Made by a program: the position numbers and the translations under genes. This document shows, one piece after another, positions 50,976-64,000 of a DNA stretch of 64,000 nt. How positions within the stretch are numbered: the stretch's first letter is position 1; each line of letters opens with the position of its first letter. The DNA is from Octopus bimaculoides (lineage: Eukaryota), in assembly GCF_001194135.2 (NCBI RefSeq), contig NC_068998.1:44965607-45029606 (forward strand). The letters run 5' to 3'. The notes beneath the pieces were generated by a model. It made no database searches. It was given only the letters and a program-made list of their open reading frames with translations, and had not been told where the DNA came from.

Positions 50976-53364
50976 GTAATTTAGGGAAATTTAGAATCAT
51001 CAGGTTGCCTGGAAACAAGCAATTCTTTGGCATTAAATTTAGTATCAGCTAGTATTGATTATAAAAGTCAAGTCCACTTTGACTAGTACTACCTGTTGTC
51101 GACTGATTTTAAAGGTTACAGCAGTTAAGGCTGCATTGAGAAGTGATATGAAAATTAATTCTATTTTACAACGTGTGTGAGTGTGTTTATCTCACAAAAA
51201 TATCATTATCTATATGTAAACATGTGCTATTTTAAATCTTCTGATTTTGTGTGCTCCATTATTAAATGACACTGATAAATCTTTTCAAATTGTAAATTAA
51301 CAATGGGGACCTGTAATTACATTGAACATTGCTATATAATCCGTTTGATTTAACCTTGAAATCACAATGTCTATGTTGCATTTTGATTTTATTATGAAAC
51401 AGTTTGCTTCATTTCTATTTTGTTTGTTAATGATATTTCTTTTGTTATTTGCCAAGATTAATTTACATTGCATAAGTGGTTGGAGTCAAGAAACAGAACA
51501 GAAATTAAACTGTGTTGATTTTCTTTTTAAATTTAATTCACATTCCAATTTACTTATACAAGAAAGATGAATAGCTTTTAAAACATTGTATAACATAAAC
51601 AACCTGTAATGGAGGGTGAAAGCCCTAGGTGCATGTTTGAGAGCAGAACTGAATTGCATATCACTTACAAAAAAAGTAAAATTTGGGCAAAGACATAGGT
51701 TAATATATTGTTGACAGTCATTGTCAGGAATAGCTGACCTATGATGAAAGGTATTCCACCTGTAATCAATTTGTCTCTTTTATTCAGTGTATTTTGGATT
51801 TTAATATCCAGTATGTCCATCCTGATTTGAGATAGCAGAGTGTGATATGAGGTATGTTTGGCTGTTTCTGTTTGGCTGGTTGAGGAACCATGCAGAAGCT
51901 CTTTTATTGGTTGACATACATCTGGTATTGGCCCTGACCAGCACACATTCAAGACAGTTCAAAACAAAGATAAAACAGTGAAATTGTATTTGTGGCTGTT
52001 AAGCCTGGTGTTGTTAAGCTTTTCATCTAAAACCCTCCTGCTTTTGACTATAGATTATAATGGATAATGCTAAGATGTTATTTCGATGAATTAATTGCTA
52101 TTTCTTTAAGGTTAAGCAACTTCATAACTGCTCCCTTGAAAAGCTGTCAAATTAGGTGTCAGTAAAATTTTTAAGATTAGGAAAATTGCATTGAGAAAAG
52201 CCATTTTCAGGCTTGTTATATAAGCTAATAAAAGCTTAGAGAGTAAAATAAAGTAACCTGACCTACAGCAAATGACAAACTTTATCTATCATTTTGGGAT
52301 AAATAAAGTTCCTTATCATTATCATGTTTATTAGAACGACCAATATCAGTCTTTGTATTGCAAGCTATTCAACTAAAAACTCAAGTTTTGCTTTGGGAGA
52401 ATCTATTTATCAAAGCACGTTTTAATATATATGAAATAGTTTCATATCTTATGAAATCATCAGTTCACACTTTTATCCCATTTTTTTTTTTTTTCTCAAT
52501 ACAGATATTAGATATCATACAGGTGTCTTTATATTTGGTTTTGTAGATTGTTGTAGCATTTACATATTTCAGGTTGGCATTAATCATTAACATTTTCAAT
52601 TCCTCTGTAACCAACTCTTTCAACTGGATATCATATACCACTATTAATCAATACCACTTTTCTTATTTCATAATCTTCATATTTTCTTTATCTGTTATGT
52701 TCATAATTGTCTTGGATGTCTTTTATTACCATTTACTTTCTCCACTCATTTAAACTTTATCTTTCAGTCAGTTTCACATTTTATCTCCAAGACACATGTA
52801 TGCACAGAAATTCAATTATAAAATGATATTACTCAGGTCGGTATTTTTCTTAAAGTTAGTGGAATATGTGACATATTCATTATCATGTCCAATATAAGTT
52901 GATAGAAAGTGGAGGGGGATTAAAAGAATACCTTTACATTCTGAATTTCAATTCCAGCAACTTCCACTTAGGATTTCATGTTTACAGACTGAATAAATTA
53001 AGTACCAGTTGAGTGAGTATCACTTATACCCATCCTCCAAATTTGAGGGTTTGTGATTATATTAGTAAGCTACATTTGAAATGGGAGCATCTTGGACAAC
53101 TCATACTTAGACAATTGATATCAAGGACAACTGATATATAGGAGAACTCATAACAGGTATAGATATTTTCACTTATGAATAAATGATGAAAGAGCTTCTT
53201 ATAAGTCAATATATACAATATTCTTGTGCCTCAAGCAAATATTTTGAGCCACAGACCTACATTGCAAATTATCTCATGAATATTGAATGTTTTTTTGTTT
53301 TTGTATTTAAAACTGCATCGAAAATTATTGTTTTCTTTAAGAAATGAGAGAAAAAATGTCTGCA

Positions 53365-53450
53365 GCATTTGAACTCAGAACATAAAGACAAACTGAATGG
53401 CACTAAGCATTTTTTCCTGGAATGCTAACAATTCTTCTAACTCACCATCT
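53365..53450 (-). mobile_element. SINE family C head fragment
   Basis: atttgaactcagaacataaagac...ctaacaattcttctaactcacc. Confidence 0.65.
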
Positions 53451-55170
53451 AACAAGTTGTAATATGAAAGAATGGCATAAAAATGATTCATTAGGTTTAG
53501 GAAAACCTTGGGAACGAGGATATATTATATATCTAAATCATTGCAAATGACGTAGTTGAATATTATCACACTATGCAATCAATTAGATTAATGAAACCTG
53601 ACAGAGTAGTATTACTTTAATGTTGAGTTGGATATTGAAAATTTAATTAACATCTTTTTGTTTGCTTAACATAAGAATTTTTTTTATAATTATGAAACTA
53701 AGAAGAAAGTCAATATTGTTAGAAAAATTCTGTGGCAAACGGTGAACAGGTAATAAAAGAATCTGAGTGTATAAGTCTGATTATACATTAAAAGAATAGT
53801 TTCAGAGTGTGGCTATGATGTGGCAAGTTTTAAAGAAAACCACAACAGTTATTCATGTTCTTGATCATATGGGTATATAAGTTCACTAATTGGCTTTCAC
53901 ACTCACCAATTCTATTATTTATTCCACACTTTCCAATTTTCTTAAAATTAAGACTTTCAATGAAATCTTGGAGTTCTCGGCTTTTGATCTTTAATCATTC
54001 CATTTCATCATTTCATCCATTTCATAGCTGTATGTTGCTATTCTATTTCCCAATATTCCAAAGTCTGGTTATTTTCATGTCTGAAGAACAATGTATTTAT
54101 ATGTTGCCATAGCATTATCTATTACAGAGTCCTGTAATCTTTTCAGTGTTGACTATGAGGTGATTTACTAATCTAATTTAACTATTTTCTCCATGTCGAT
54201 TGATCACTGATCTATAAACGTGTTCACTTTATCTTACTGACAGCATGTTTTTCACAATGCATTTTTTTTTGTGTGTATGTGTTACTATGAATATATTTTA
54301 TCTATTTTGAGTGTTATTATAGTCCTTTTCATAATGCAGTATCCGCACATGAGTATCCACAAGTGTATGCGTGTGTTACTATGAATATAATTTATCTATT
54401 TTCAGTATTATCATTATTGTTATTATGCACTAGTTCCATAAATGATGTTATAGAAAATATTCAGTTGCTCATGTGTATATTAATGAAGTAATTACATGAT
54501 TAGATTTCAAGTTTTTAGATTTATCAATATGATTATGAGTGCTTAATGAAACCTTATCCCAAGACTGAGTCTTAAAAAAAATGTGGATGACTAAAAATAA
54601 AAAGAAGTCTGATGAACACAATGATCTTCCTCTAAACATGTAGTCAACTACGGCTGTGAGGAGAGAGGAGTAACAGTAAGTTATTCAATTACTCCAGAAA
54701 TGACCAACTATTTATTAGAGACAAAATCTTCCTCTCACTTCTGTAAAGAGTAAAACTCATGTGTTGATACATTAAATGGATTAGTTTTAATTTATTTGGT
54801 TTAAGATTTAGTATCCAGGCCTGCAGCTTATGACCAGGGATCTGCTCTGACTTTTTCAGTATTGTAACTTATGTCCTAAAAATCCAGCATGTCAGTTACT
54901 GGAAGCCATCATACTTATTCGTGAGATAATCTTGTTGAATTCTAATTTAATGTTAGAATGATTCTCCAACATGATCTTAGATACGATTAAACTGACACTG
55001 AAAACTGTTGTAAAGAGGTTCTCTGGATGATCAGATAAGATTTCCTCAGATGAAGAAAGTCAAATTGCAACATTGATATTTGCAAATATTACATTGAGAT
55101 AGAGTTAATTTCATTTTCACTAGAAAACTCTCAAATCGATATATATATACATACATATATATGCCAAGTA

Positions 55171-55552
55171 AGATCGTTGCCAGTGCCCCTGGACTGGTTC
55201 TTGTGCGGGTGGCACATGAGATGCACCATTTTGAGCGTGGCCATTGCCAGTACCGCCTGACTGGCTCCCGTAGGATTTTCGAGCGAGATCGTTGCCAGCG
55301 CCCCTGGACTGGCTTGTGCGGGTGGCACATAAAAGACACCATTTCGAGCGTGGCCGTTTTCGTGCGGGTGACACGTAAAAGCACCCACTACACTCTCTGA
55401 GTGGTTGGCGTTAGGAAGGGCATCCAGCTGTAGAAACTCTGCCAAATTAGATTGGAGCCTGGTGTTGCCATCTGGTTTCACCAGTCCTCAGTCAAATCGT
55501 CCAACCCATGCTAGCATGGAAAGCGGACGTTAAACGATGATGATGATGATGA

Positions 55553-55556
<4 letters not shown>
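55171..55556 (+). mobile_element. Young GC/CpG-rich retroposon 3' end (family D) with (GAT)n tail and internal 115-bp tandem duplication
   Basis: agatcgttgccag(t/c)gcccctggactgg at 55171 and 55286; ends ...cccatgctagcatggaaagcggacgttaaacgatgatgatgatg. Related 3' ends at 17708-17765 (-), 32050-32090 (+) and 59630-59880 (-). Confidence 0.8.
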
Positions 55557-55587
<31 letters not shown>

Positions 55588-58531
55588 TCACACCATTTTG
55601 TAGAGGATGCTAGATTAAAATGTAATCCTGCAAAGAGTGATGCTAGATGCTCTAAGTTGTGATGGCATTCATGATCTGTATATAAAACTTCAATTGTATC
55701 TGGAATTCCATATTTCTAATATTTTGAGGAATACTGTTCTATCATGTCTTCTTATACGTTACAGCTCTTCATTGTGAAAAGATGTAGTTTTGATTAAAGT
55801 GAATATTTATTAAAGGTTTTGTTTTAGTTCTCAAAAGAAAAGGTGATTACACTAAAAGCTGACTAAACAGGGACATTATTTAACTCATTTTTATCCATAT
55901 AAATATCATTCCCAGATTTAAAAACTTTCAATACGTTCATTCTTCACTGACATGAATTAGATGGATCTACATATTTGAAAGAGCTGAAAAGTTAAAAGTA
56001 AATTCTTTTTTAATATCAGTTGCTATTGAAAAAGAGGGGAAACCACAATAAATTATGGTCTGAAAATATGGAATGCCAAATAAGAATTTGCAATTCGTTG
56101 GATATCTAGAATATGCATTTAAATTTTTTATTTTTTTTACCAATTCAGTATATTATTTTCTAAATTAATAATTCTCTTTACTCATTTGTACATTGAAAAA
56201 ATGTTATGGCACAATGTCTAGATTGGTATACAGTGTATAAGCATCTTCTAAATATGTTTGATTTGTGAATAATTCTTTTCAGTTATATATTAGGAAAATA
56301 TTTTAATATTAAGACAGATAAAATCAAAGTGTCCTCTTTTCCACTTTAGTCTATTTCTTGGTCATTCCCCTACAAATGGTTTCCTTTCTCGTGATTTCCT
56401 CTCTCATGATTTTAGTAATGTATTTGGACAATAATGAAACTCACATAACCTACACAACTTAAATATATAAATTATATATAATATTCATCTATCTGATTTC
56501 TATAGCAAAGTAGTTCCCAGACCATTCTCATTTAGAATTTTAAGCTATTGATAACTAGCTTAAATTTAGATATTTCTATCAAACCTCACATTGTAGTAAC
56601 TTGACAGATTTCAGAGCACATGGACAGTTGTTACTGAAAAGATTGTCTCTTTAACACACCACTTTACCAGCAAGGTAACTCACCCACTCCTCTCTTATTC
56701 AAACTCTTGTATGTAAGATTTGCAAGTAAAAGTAATATGCTGCAATTCTTAGCTACTTACTCTTGCACTAAATAAACTGTATTAGCTGATTGTATTCCAT
56801 GTCAGATATATAATTCTCAAGCATTTTACACAGACTTTGCACTGGTTTTAATCTTGTGATCAAGATGATTAATCTCCTCTATCAAATTCAGTTCCTTAAA
56901 TAGTAGAACTCAAAGTATCTGATGAAATTTAACTTGTAGTACCCAATTGAAATCAGGTATTTCTTAATTTGCTGACAAAGTTCTGACAGGTGTGCACATT
57001 TAGAAAAGAAGGAACAGGGAATGCTGAAAAGAAAAAAAATGGCTAGTTCAGTGATAAATATCATGAGGGATTTTAGAAAAATCACATATAAAGTTATAAA
57101 GAAATAATAAAAAGGGTAATTATTCAGTAAATGAATAATCCTTAATAGTCTTTGACTTTAAAAAATAGGGTAAAATGACATAACAAATACTATAACTTAG
57201 CTCTGGTGATGCTGATAGAATACATGCTTAAATGCAGTAGGCTCAGCTCTCATGTAACAGAAATGAAGACAGAGTTGTTTCATTTTTTTTTAAAGGCAAA
57301 AGTGATCTCAATAAATACCAAGATGTTTGATGAAGCACAGTGCAATTCTGACAATAATAACAAATGGAGAATTATAATATGAAAAGATGGAGTGAGAAAA
57401 GTAATGCCATATTGTATTAGGAAAGACTGATGAAGTACAATCATGAATCAGTGATAAATGAAATAGTAATGGAATAGAAAAGACAGCTGAAAGACTGTAA
57501 AGTTTAATATTGATTTGTTGAACATAAATCATGTTCAAAGTTTAAGTTCTGTCCTAATAACTTCAAGTTGTGGCCCATTTTCAGTTCTAATTTAAAGCCA
57601 TTTCCAGTTATGCTTGAGGAAGCATAAACAATTCTTTCATTTTTCTCTCACCTGAACATTTTGAACTTAATACCCCCTTGTAGTTAACCTTATCAAATGG
57701 ATCCTTCTTACACTCCATGTTGGATGACAAACTCAAATGCTCTACAGATAATTCCAAATTTTACAAATATGTCTCCTGAAATAGACTGCTATCCTGTTTA
57801 ACAGAGATTTATCACTCTTGAAATTAATTCAGTAAGACCAAAGTACTATCACTTAAAAGCCACTTTTTTTTGTTTCAGAATATATGTTTCAATTTCTTTT
57901 TTACATTAAAACAGGGACATACCAAGTTACTTCTTGAAATAAAAAAAAAAAAGAAGTTAAAGTAAAGAAAACAAATATTGATATCATAAATTAGTCATAG
58001 AATCTTAAAAAGAGGCTTGTTAATGTTGTAAAAGTGAGTTTTCTAGACAAAGTGGCTCAGAAACTAATATTCTAGCAGAATTAGTGACTGTACAGACAAC
58101 TCTTGCTAATCATCTAATATGCTAATCTTTCACTAGCATTTTAAAATTGTTGTCATTATTTTCTTAGTGAGCTGAATCTGTAATTTGCCACATGGAGTCA
58201 AATTGTTTTCTGTTATGTTGATAGTATATTAAAAAGAACCAACAAGCTCTGCCCAGCAATCTCAGAAATTTTGGTTTTTCTGTTTTTATTTAATGATAAA
58301 CGATTGTTTTGTCATTCACATTGCTGGAAATTGAAATGTTTTACAGTTGTATGCCTCTATAGCCAACCTAGGTGTTAACTCCACTTGATTATAATAACAG
58401 TGCAAAGATCATGACAGGAAATGTGTGAGATTCATAACAGAAGAGCTGAAATTTAGAATTTCTAATTCAATAACTCACCAGTATGAATTATAATTAAACC
58501 AGAATGTCACTCATTCACACATAAGCATATT

Positions 58532-58584
<53 letters not shown>

Positions 58585-58594
58585 NNNNNNNNNN
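58585..58594. other. Assembly gap (10 N)
   Basis: N-run after (TG)n. Confidence 1.
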
Positions 58595-58599
58595 GGCAA

Positions 58600-58762
58600 G
58601 GTCAAAGCAGGCTGTTTTCACTTTCCATCAGCCAAATTCACTCACAAGGCTTTGGTCATCCCGGGGCAATAGTAGAAAACACTTGCCCAAGGTGCAATGC
58701 AGTGGAACTGAACTCAGACTCATGTAGTTGAGAAGCAACCTTCTTACCACAAAGCCGCACAT
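58600..58762 (-). mobile_element. SINE family B head
   Basis: aattcactcacaaggctttggtc...cagtggaactgaactcagactcatg...ttaccacaaagcc. Confidence 0.75.
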
Positions 58763-59629
58763 TTTTGAAAAACAATTTGCTTTAATGCAGACAGGGCTTA
58801 AATCTTTAGCATTCATAGTAGTAATGGTGTTAGGTGTGTTAAATGTATTAGTGTATTTAATGTATTCTTGAAAATAAAGAAGAAATGAATTTTACAAAAA
58901 CAATGACTTCATATGTAATATACTGGAGACTTAGCTACAACCAAAAATTACATGTCAATAAGATTATGTAACCAGTGTAAACATATTGATCACTCTTTAT
59001 AACATTTATATTTTTTCCAATATGAATATTAAAGGGATGGCCCAGACTCCTTTATTAATTTTAGTTGACAGTATACTCAACTCTCCTTTACAAAATGCTG
59101 CTATCCAAACTTAGATTTGGCTATAATTAACTTTTATATTTGTTTTGTTATTATTCTCACTTTTTCACTTGTTTCCTACAATTTACTATTTTTTTATTTC
59201 TATTTTATCCTAAATTCTAATTTAAACATTAAAATTTATTTTAAACATCTAATTTTTTCTTCTTAACATCCACAGTATTGCTTTCAATCCTCATTTTATC
59301 CCCAATTTCCTTAATTGTCATTGTAATTCTTGTATTTGCCCATTGTTTGTGTAGAGGATATCTGTCAGTCTAAAACAAAATCTTTTGGTTATCAGCACAG
59401 AAGCAATTATCATCTATTTTCCATCTGCTTTGGCTTTTGTATTCATTTCTTACATTAACGCTGTGTGCATGAATTAATGAAATGATAAGTACTGAGATTA
59501 CACAGCATTTTTATGGGTTGAAAACTGCTAGAATTTCGTTCAGATATAAAGTTTGGCAGAATAATTTTCAAGAGAAATATGGGATGAATTGGATTGTGAA
59601 AGACTTAGTTAAACATTGGCATTTATCAT

Positions 59630-59885
59630 TATCATCCTCATCATCATCAACATTTAAAGGACTGATTTCCATGCTCACATGGGTTGGACAGCTTGACAGG
59701 AACTGGCATAGTCAGAGGCTGCATTAGTTTCCATAGTCTGTTTCGGTTTGGCTTCTACAACTGGTTGCCTTTCCTAGTAACAACCACTTCACAGATTGTA
59801 CTCGCTGCTTTTTACATGGCACCATCACCTGTGCTTTTTACGTGGCACCACCATCAGTGACTTTCACATGGCACCAGCAGCCATT
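59630..59885 (-). mobile_element. Older family D retroposon copy
   Basis: catcatcatcaacatttaa...ttccatgctcacatggg..., with three ttt(t/c)ac(a/g)tggcacca units. Confidence 0.65.
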
Positions 59886-60839
59886 CCTTGGATTTAGGAT
59901 ACCAATTCTGTTGTGGTGGGTGGGTCTTCTTGAATACAGCAATTTCCTATATATCTTAGTCTTCTGTCATCTCCTTCATAAGGCTCAGCATTATATTTGC
60001 TAAATGGGAAGCATGATTCAGTATAATGATGGATTCATCAAAATGTGGATACAGTGTTAACACCCTTGTTATGGTTAAGAACCATAGGAGGATCTGCATT
60101 CAAGATTGTAAACTAAAAAAATTCTCCTTAGTTATATAATTCTCAGCTGCTTGCAATTATGAACTCTATTATTCATGATACCAACTTACAAACAAGTAGG
60201 AATATGTGAGCAATACTAAAGTCCTTTAGCTTTGGCCACACTACGGCACTAATGAAGTTACATAAACTATTGACCCTACCAACTCAGACAGAAGTTAGTC
60301 TACAATGATTTTATTAGAATCAATGAAAGAAGACTTCAAGGAGATCTTCAAGTCCATTTAGATATTCTATTGGAAAATTATATCTAATTTAAATTGATCT
60401 TAATGAACATAAATTCAGGCTTGCAAAGTATTTATCCTTATTTTGAAATCAGTAATTGGTACAATTTTCTAATTTGGAAGATTCTTATCATATTGATCAA
60501 TACTTTTGTAATCAAGCAGTCTAAAATGTGTATAATTTGTCTAGTTTTTCTTGTATCACTTAAACAAAGTTAGATAATTTTATTCTGTATTTCGTCTATG
60601 TGGTCTCTCTCTCTGTATATTTGGCCAACACTTCAACTACTTAATACTTGTTTGTGCATTCATATAATGCCAAGAGCCTCAAATATATATTCTTCTTGTA
60701 TGTACTGTTGCTTGGAAGGTCATGATACTTTTGTTTTGACATCTATTTTGGATATATTTACATTGGTTGGCCCCAGATCTAACAGATGTCTAAATACTAG
60801 TTGGTGTTACTTGTATCATTAGTTATTGTTATCTGTGAA

Positions 60840-61122
60840 GGGGCATGGCATGGCTTAGTGGTTAGAGTATTTGACTCATGATCATAAGGTCTAGGGTTTG
60901 ATTTCTGTTAGTGTACTATGTCCTTGAACAAAACAATTTATTTCTCATTGCTTCAGTCCACACAGCTGGCAAGAATGAGTTGGGGATGTAGCTCAATAAG
61001 ACAGCCCTGTTACATTCTGTATCAGGCTGAATCTCCTTGAGAATTACATTAAGGGTACATGTGTCTGAGCAGGTGTTCCATTGATCACGTTAACTGAAAC
61101 CTTTGTCATCATAACCAACAGA
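60840..61122 (+). mobile_element. SINE family E copy
   Basis: atggcttagtggttagagtatttgactcatgatcataaggtctagggtttgatttc head; body matches reverse complement of 17352-17678. Confidence 0.78.
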
Positions 61123-62935
61123 GAACCAGGTTATCATTTTCTTTACTCCAGTAAAACAGCTCGCCTAAATGGAATTTGAATATAATTCTATTAACAACCC
61201 AGTTTCATAGATTACTGGTATTAGCTCTAACCAGCTGTATCTCAAGCTTCAATATTTATCATAACAAATTACAAGCAGAAAATCTGATACCTGAATAGAG
61301 TTAATTGCAGTCTGTTTATTCAGAAGACTTTATTTCAGTATCCCTCTGATGTTTCTGCTGTCAAAATAGTTGTTTTAATTGTAATTTAAGATTATAGAAA
61401 ATATTTTTAAATATGTACTAATTATTTTGCAAAACTATTACAATTTTCTTTCATTCAAGATTATTAAGATTTTTAATTTAAATGTCTTCCATCTTATGTT
61501 CAGGATTTTGTTAGCTTTAAATTTAGAAAGTTTTTTTTTTTAACAATAATTATCTTCCGTTTTGGAAATTTATTGAGTTCAACTATATATCATAAAAGCA
61601 CACTTTTATATCATAAAAGCACACATTTTTGAATTTGGCTTGTGAGATTCTTGATGTGAATTCATGTGTTGAAACAAATTTTATACATATATATATATAT
61701 ATGTATGAGGAGAGAGAGAGAGAGAGAGAGAGAGCATATACTTGACAACTTTGCAGATGTGGTTCTTATAGACTTAAACATACTCTCACTATTCACCAGT
61801 CTGTCAAAGCAGGATTTTTCACACCAAGACATTTTGTTCTGTTAAACAATAAAACTGTGTAATACAAGGAATCCTGCAACATAGCCATTTAACCACCCCC
61901 GTCTATCATGACAACTCTCTATATAATTACTAGCTATATAATTACTAGCTGCAGATGCTAAAGTTCTAGGATTTAATGAAATCTTTTAATGACAATTTAA
62001 TTTTGTGATTTAGAAATCCAATTTGAAATTTTGCTAGTTTACTATATGGACATATAACTACTACTTATAATTGTGAATAAAAAAAATCAATAAACCAAAT
62101 TAATATATTTTTTCTCAAATATATTATAAGCAGAAGCTTTCATGAATAAAAGAAATCAATTTTTCCAGGCTTTACCAATAAAGGTATTTATAGCTCCTCT
62201 GTTGAATCCCAGAGTATTAATATTTGGAAGTGATTTATTAGCAAGAAAAATATGCAGATTTATATTTCACATAGAGATATCCATTCTTTCTGTCAAACTC
62301 AATGAAATCTGTTTTTAATCTATTTTCCCAATAAAAGACAATCCAATTACTCTATTATAAGGCATATATTGATGCAATACTTCAACTAATAAAACAAAAT
62401 GTTGATTTTAGTTTTCTAAAACGTTCTTTATAAAACTGTTCTGTTCAATCTTATTTCAGTTTATTTATTCTAGCTACAAAATGAATTAAAATTATTTCTA
62501 AATGGTGATTTCTTAACACATACATGCATACACATCTTTTTTTTCCTGGTATTTGGGGCAGGATTTTAAATGCAGAACAGATTAAAAAAAAAAAATGGAA
62601 AAGAAAACTCTAAAATGTTTATCCCGAAATAATAGTATTTCTTCCAGTTAGATTTTGTTGTGGTTAAGCAGTTTGTAGTTTGCATTGCAGCCACTTGACT
62701 CCAGGTTCAATACTACAGCATGATATTTTGGACAAGTACCTCCTACTTGAGTCAGCTAAAGCCTAATGAGGAAAATTTGGCAAACAAAAACTATGCAGAA
62801 TCCTTTTCAATGTTTAAATACATAATATATGAATGTATGTGTGTATCAGCATGAGAAGGATGAACAAGATTGGTTTGCTGAAGACATCCATGGTATTTAT
62901 TTCTATACATAATTATATTCCTTACCCCTCAGTAG

Positions 62936-63076
62936 ACATTGCCTCTTGTGAGTGATATAATAAATACCAAGCAAAGTCAGAATAATCAACCAAAACTCTT
63001 GAATGCAGTGCCCAAGCAGGTCTATAGTCCAATAAGTGAAACTAAGAGAAGATTAGAAACATCTGGGGCAAGAAAT
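62936..63076 (+). CDS. Candidate symmetric exon, phase 0 (TLPLVSDIINTKQSQNNQPKLLNAVPKQVYSPISETKRRLETSGARN)
   Basis: Acceptor ttccttacccctCAGTAG (NAGNAG), donor AT|gtaagt, 141 nt open if the distal TAG is used. Confidence 0.4.
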
Positions 63077-63713
63077 GTAAGTAAGTTATATAAAAACAAA
63101 TTGATGGTGAAGTATTTGTTAGAGAAATTTGTTCAATAACAAAACTCAGTCATAATGGAAGAAATTAAAGCATTGAATTAAATATCAATGTTTGAGTAAG
63201 CATTGGTGTTTATATAATTTGTAATATTCTGTAAATTGATTGCTAATTTCAAAAATAATAGCCATTAGAATTTGCAGTATATCCTGTCCAGGATTGAGAA
63301 TTTCAATTCAATTTTTGCTATTTTACCATTTTTGAATTACAGCTTGATGAAATTGATGTTTTTCATAAAGCAAAATCATGGGTGGGAATCTGAAGTTGAA
63401 ATTTGAACCTGAATTAAAATTTAATTTATGATTCACAAATAAAAACAAATTAAATGATTCAAATTGAAATTTTATAAAATTTTATAAAATTTATTTTTTG
63501 TCATCTGGAATTTCAGTAGCATACAGGAACCCATACTTTAGTATGGCTATTAGGGTTTATGAAAACATTCTTGTTTCATTAATTTCAAATTTGTGATAGT
63601 ATAAAATATTTTGGAGATGAACGTGGATCTAACATTGACACCTTGGTCGTGTTGCTTTCCATCATGCAAATATACAAAGGAATCTTTGAAGGGATTATCA
63701 TTTTGATAATAGA

Positions 63714-64000
63714 CTCTTTTACTCTTACTTGTTTCAGTCATTTGACTGTGGTCATGCTGGAGCACCACCTTTAGTCAGGCAAATCGATCCCAGGACTTAT
63801 TCTTTGTTAGCCTAGTACTTATTCTATCGGTCACTTTTGCCGGACCGCTAAGTTACGGGGACATAAACACACCAGCATTGGTTGTCAAGCGATGTTGGGG
63901 GAACAAATACAGACACACAAACACACACACACACACATATATATACATACATATATACGACGGGCTTCTTTCAGTTTCCATCTACCGAATCCACTGACAA
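63714..64000 (-). mobile_element. SINE family B copy, cut by window end
   Basis: Tail, microsatellite and start of head match 35093-35390 closely. Confidence 0.88.

Noticed and set aside
53464-53550. GLGKPWERG, G-patch-like
   Set aside because: Lacks upstream G-patch residues and a donor site; likely chance.
55046-55481. Four GC-rich ORFs with repeated peptide motifs
   Set aside because: They coincide with the family D retroposon and its tandem duplication.
57600-57810. Minus-strand AFEFVIQHGV*EGSI, similar to the RT GVRQG motif
   Set aside because: Only one short degenerate motif; insufficient to call.
60318-60385. ERRLQGDL, similar to the CR1 RRLRGDL tail motif
   Set aside because: Eight-residue similarity without supporting flanks.
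60840-60910. tRNA-like sequence with A and B boxes (also other SINE heads)
   Set aside because: Continues into a SINE body, no complete cloverleaf; not called as tRNA genes.

Overview
Very AT-rich eukaryotic (non-prokaryotic) DNA with the repeat landscape of an octopus (coleoid cephalopod) genome: at least four interspersed SINE-like families with tRNA-type Pol III heads, abundant (TA)n/(CA)n/(ATT)n microsatellites, four assembly gaps that all start in microsatellites, and decayed LINE (CR1/L2-like, RTE-like), Penelope-like, Gypsy-like and Tc1/mariner remnants. The taxon call is from my recall of these repeats, not a search. No protein-coding gene can be named with confidence. Most ORF-track entries are artefacts of microsatellites, N-runs, SINEs or low complexity. 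The window reads as intron-dominated or intergenic sequence with a few short splice-site-flanked exon candidates, mostly on the + strand. The best-supported element is a 518-bp internally deleted mariner with both TIRs and a TA target duplication. The most curious unexplained signals are a recursive-splice-like AG|GTAAGT site heading an all-frames-closed 80-nt cassette, head-to-tail SINE arrays built in (ATT)n tracts, overlapping sense/antisense exon-like units, and a small CpG-retaining patch next to a ~470-bp purine-pyrimidine satellite. I found no convincing evidence for a new multi-gene biological system; all gene-level calls need RNA-seq or homology confirmation.
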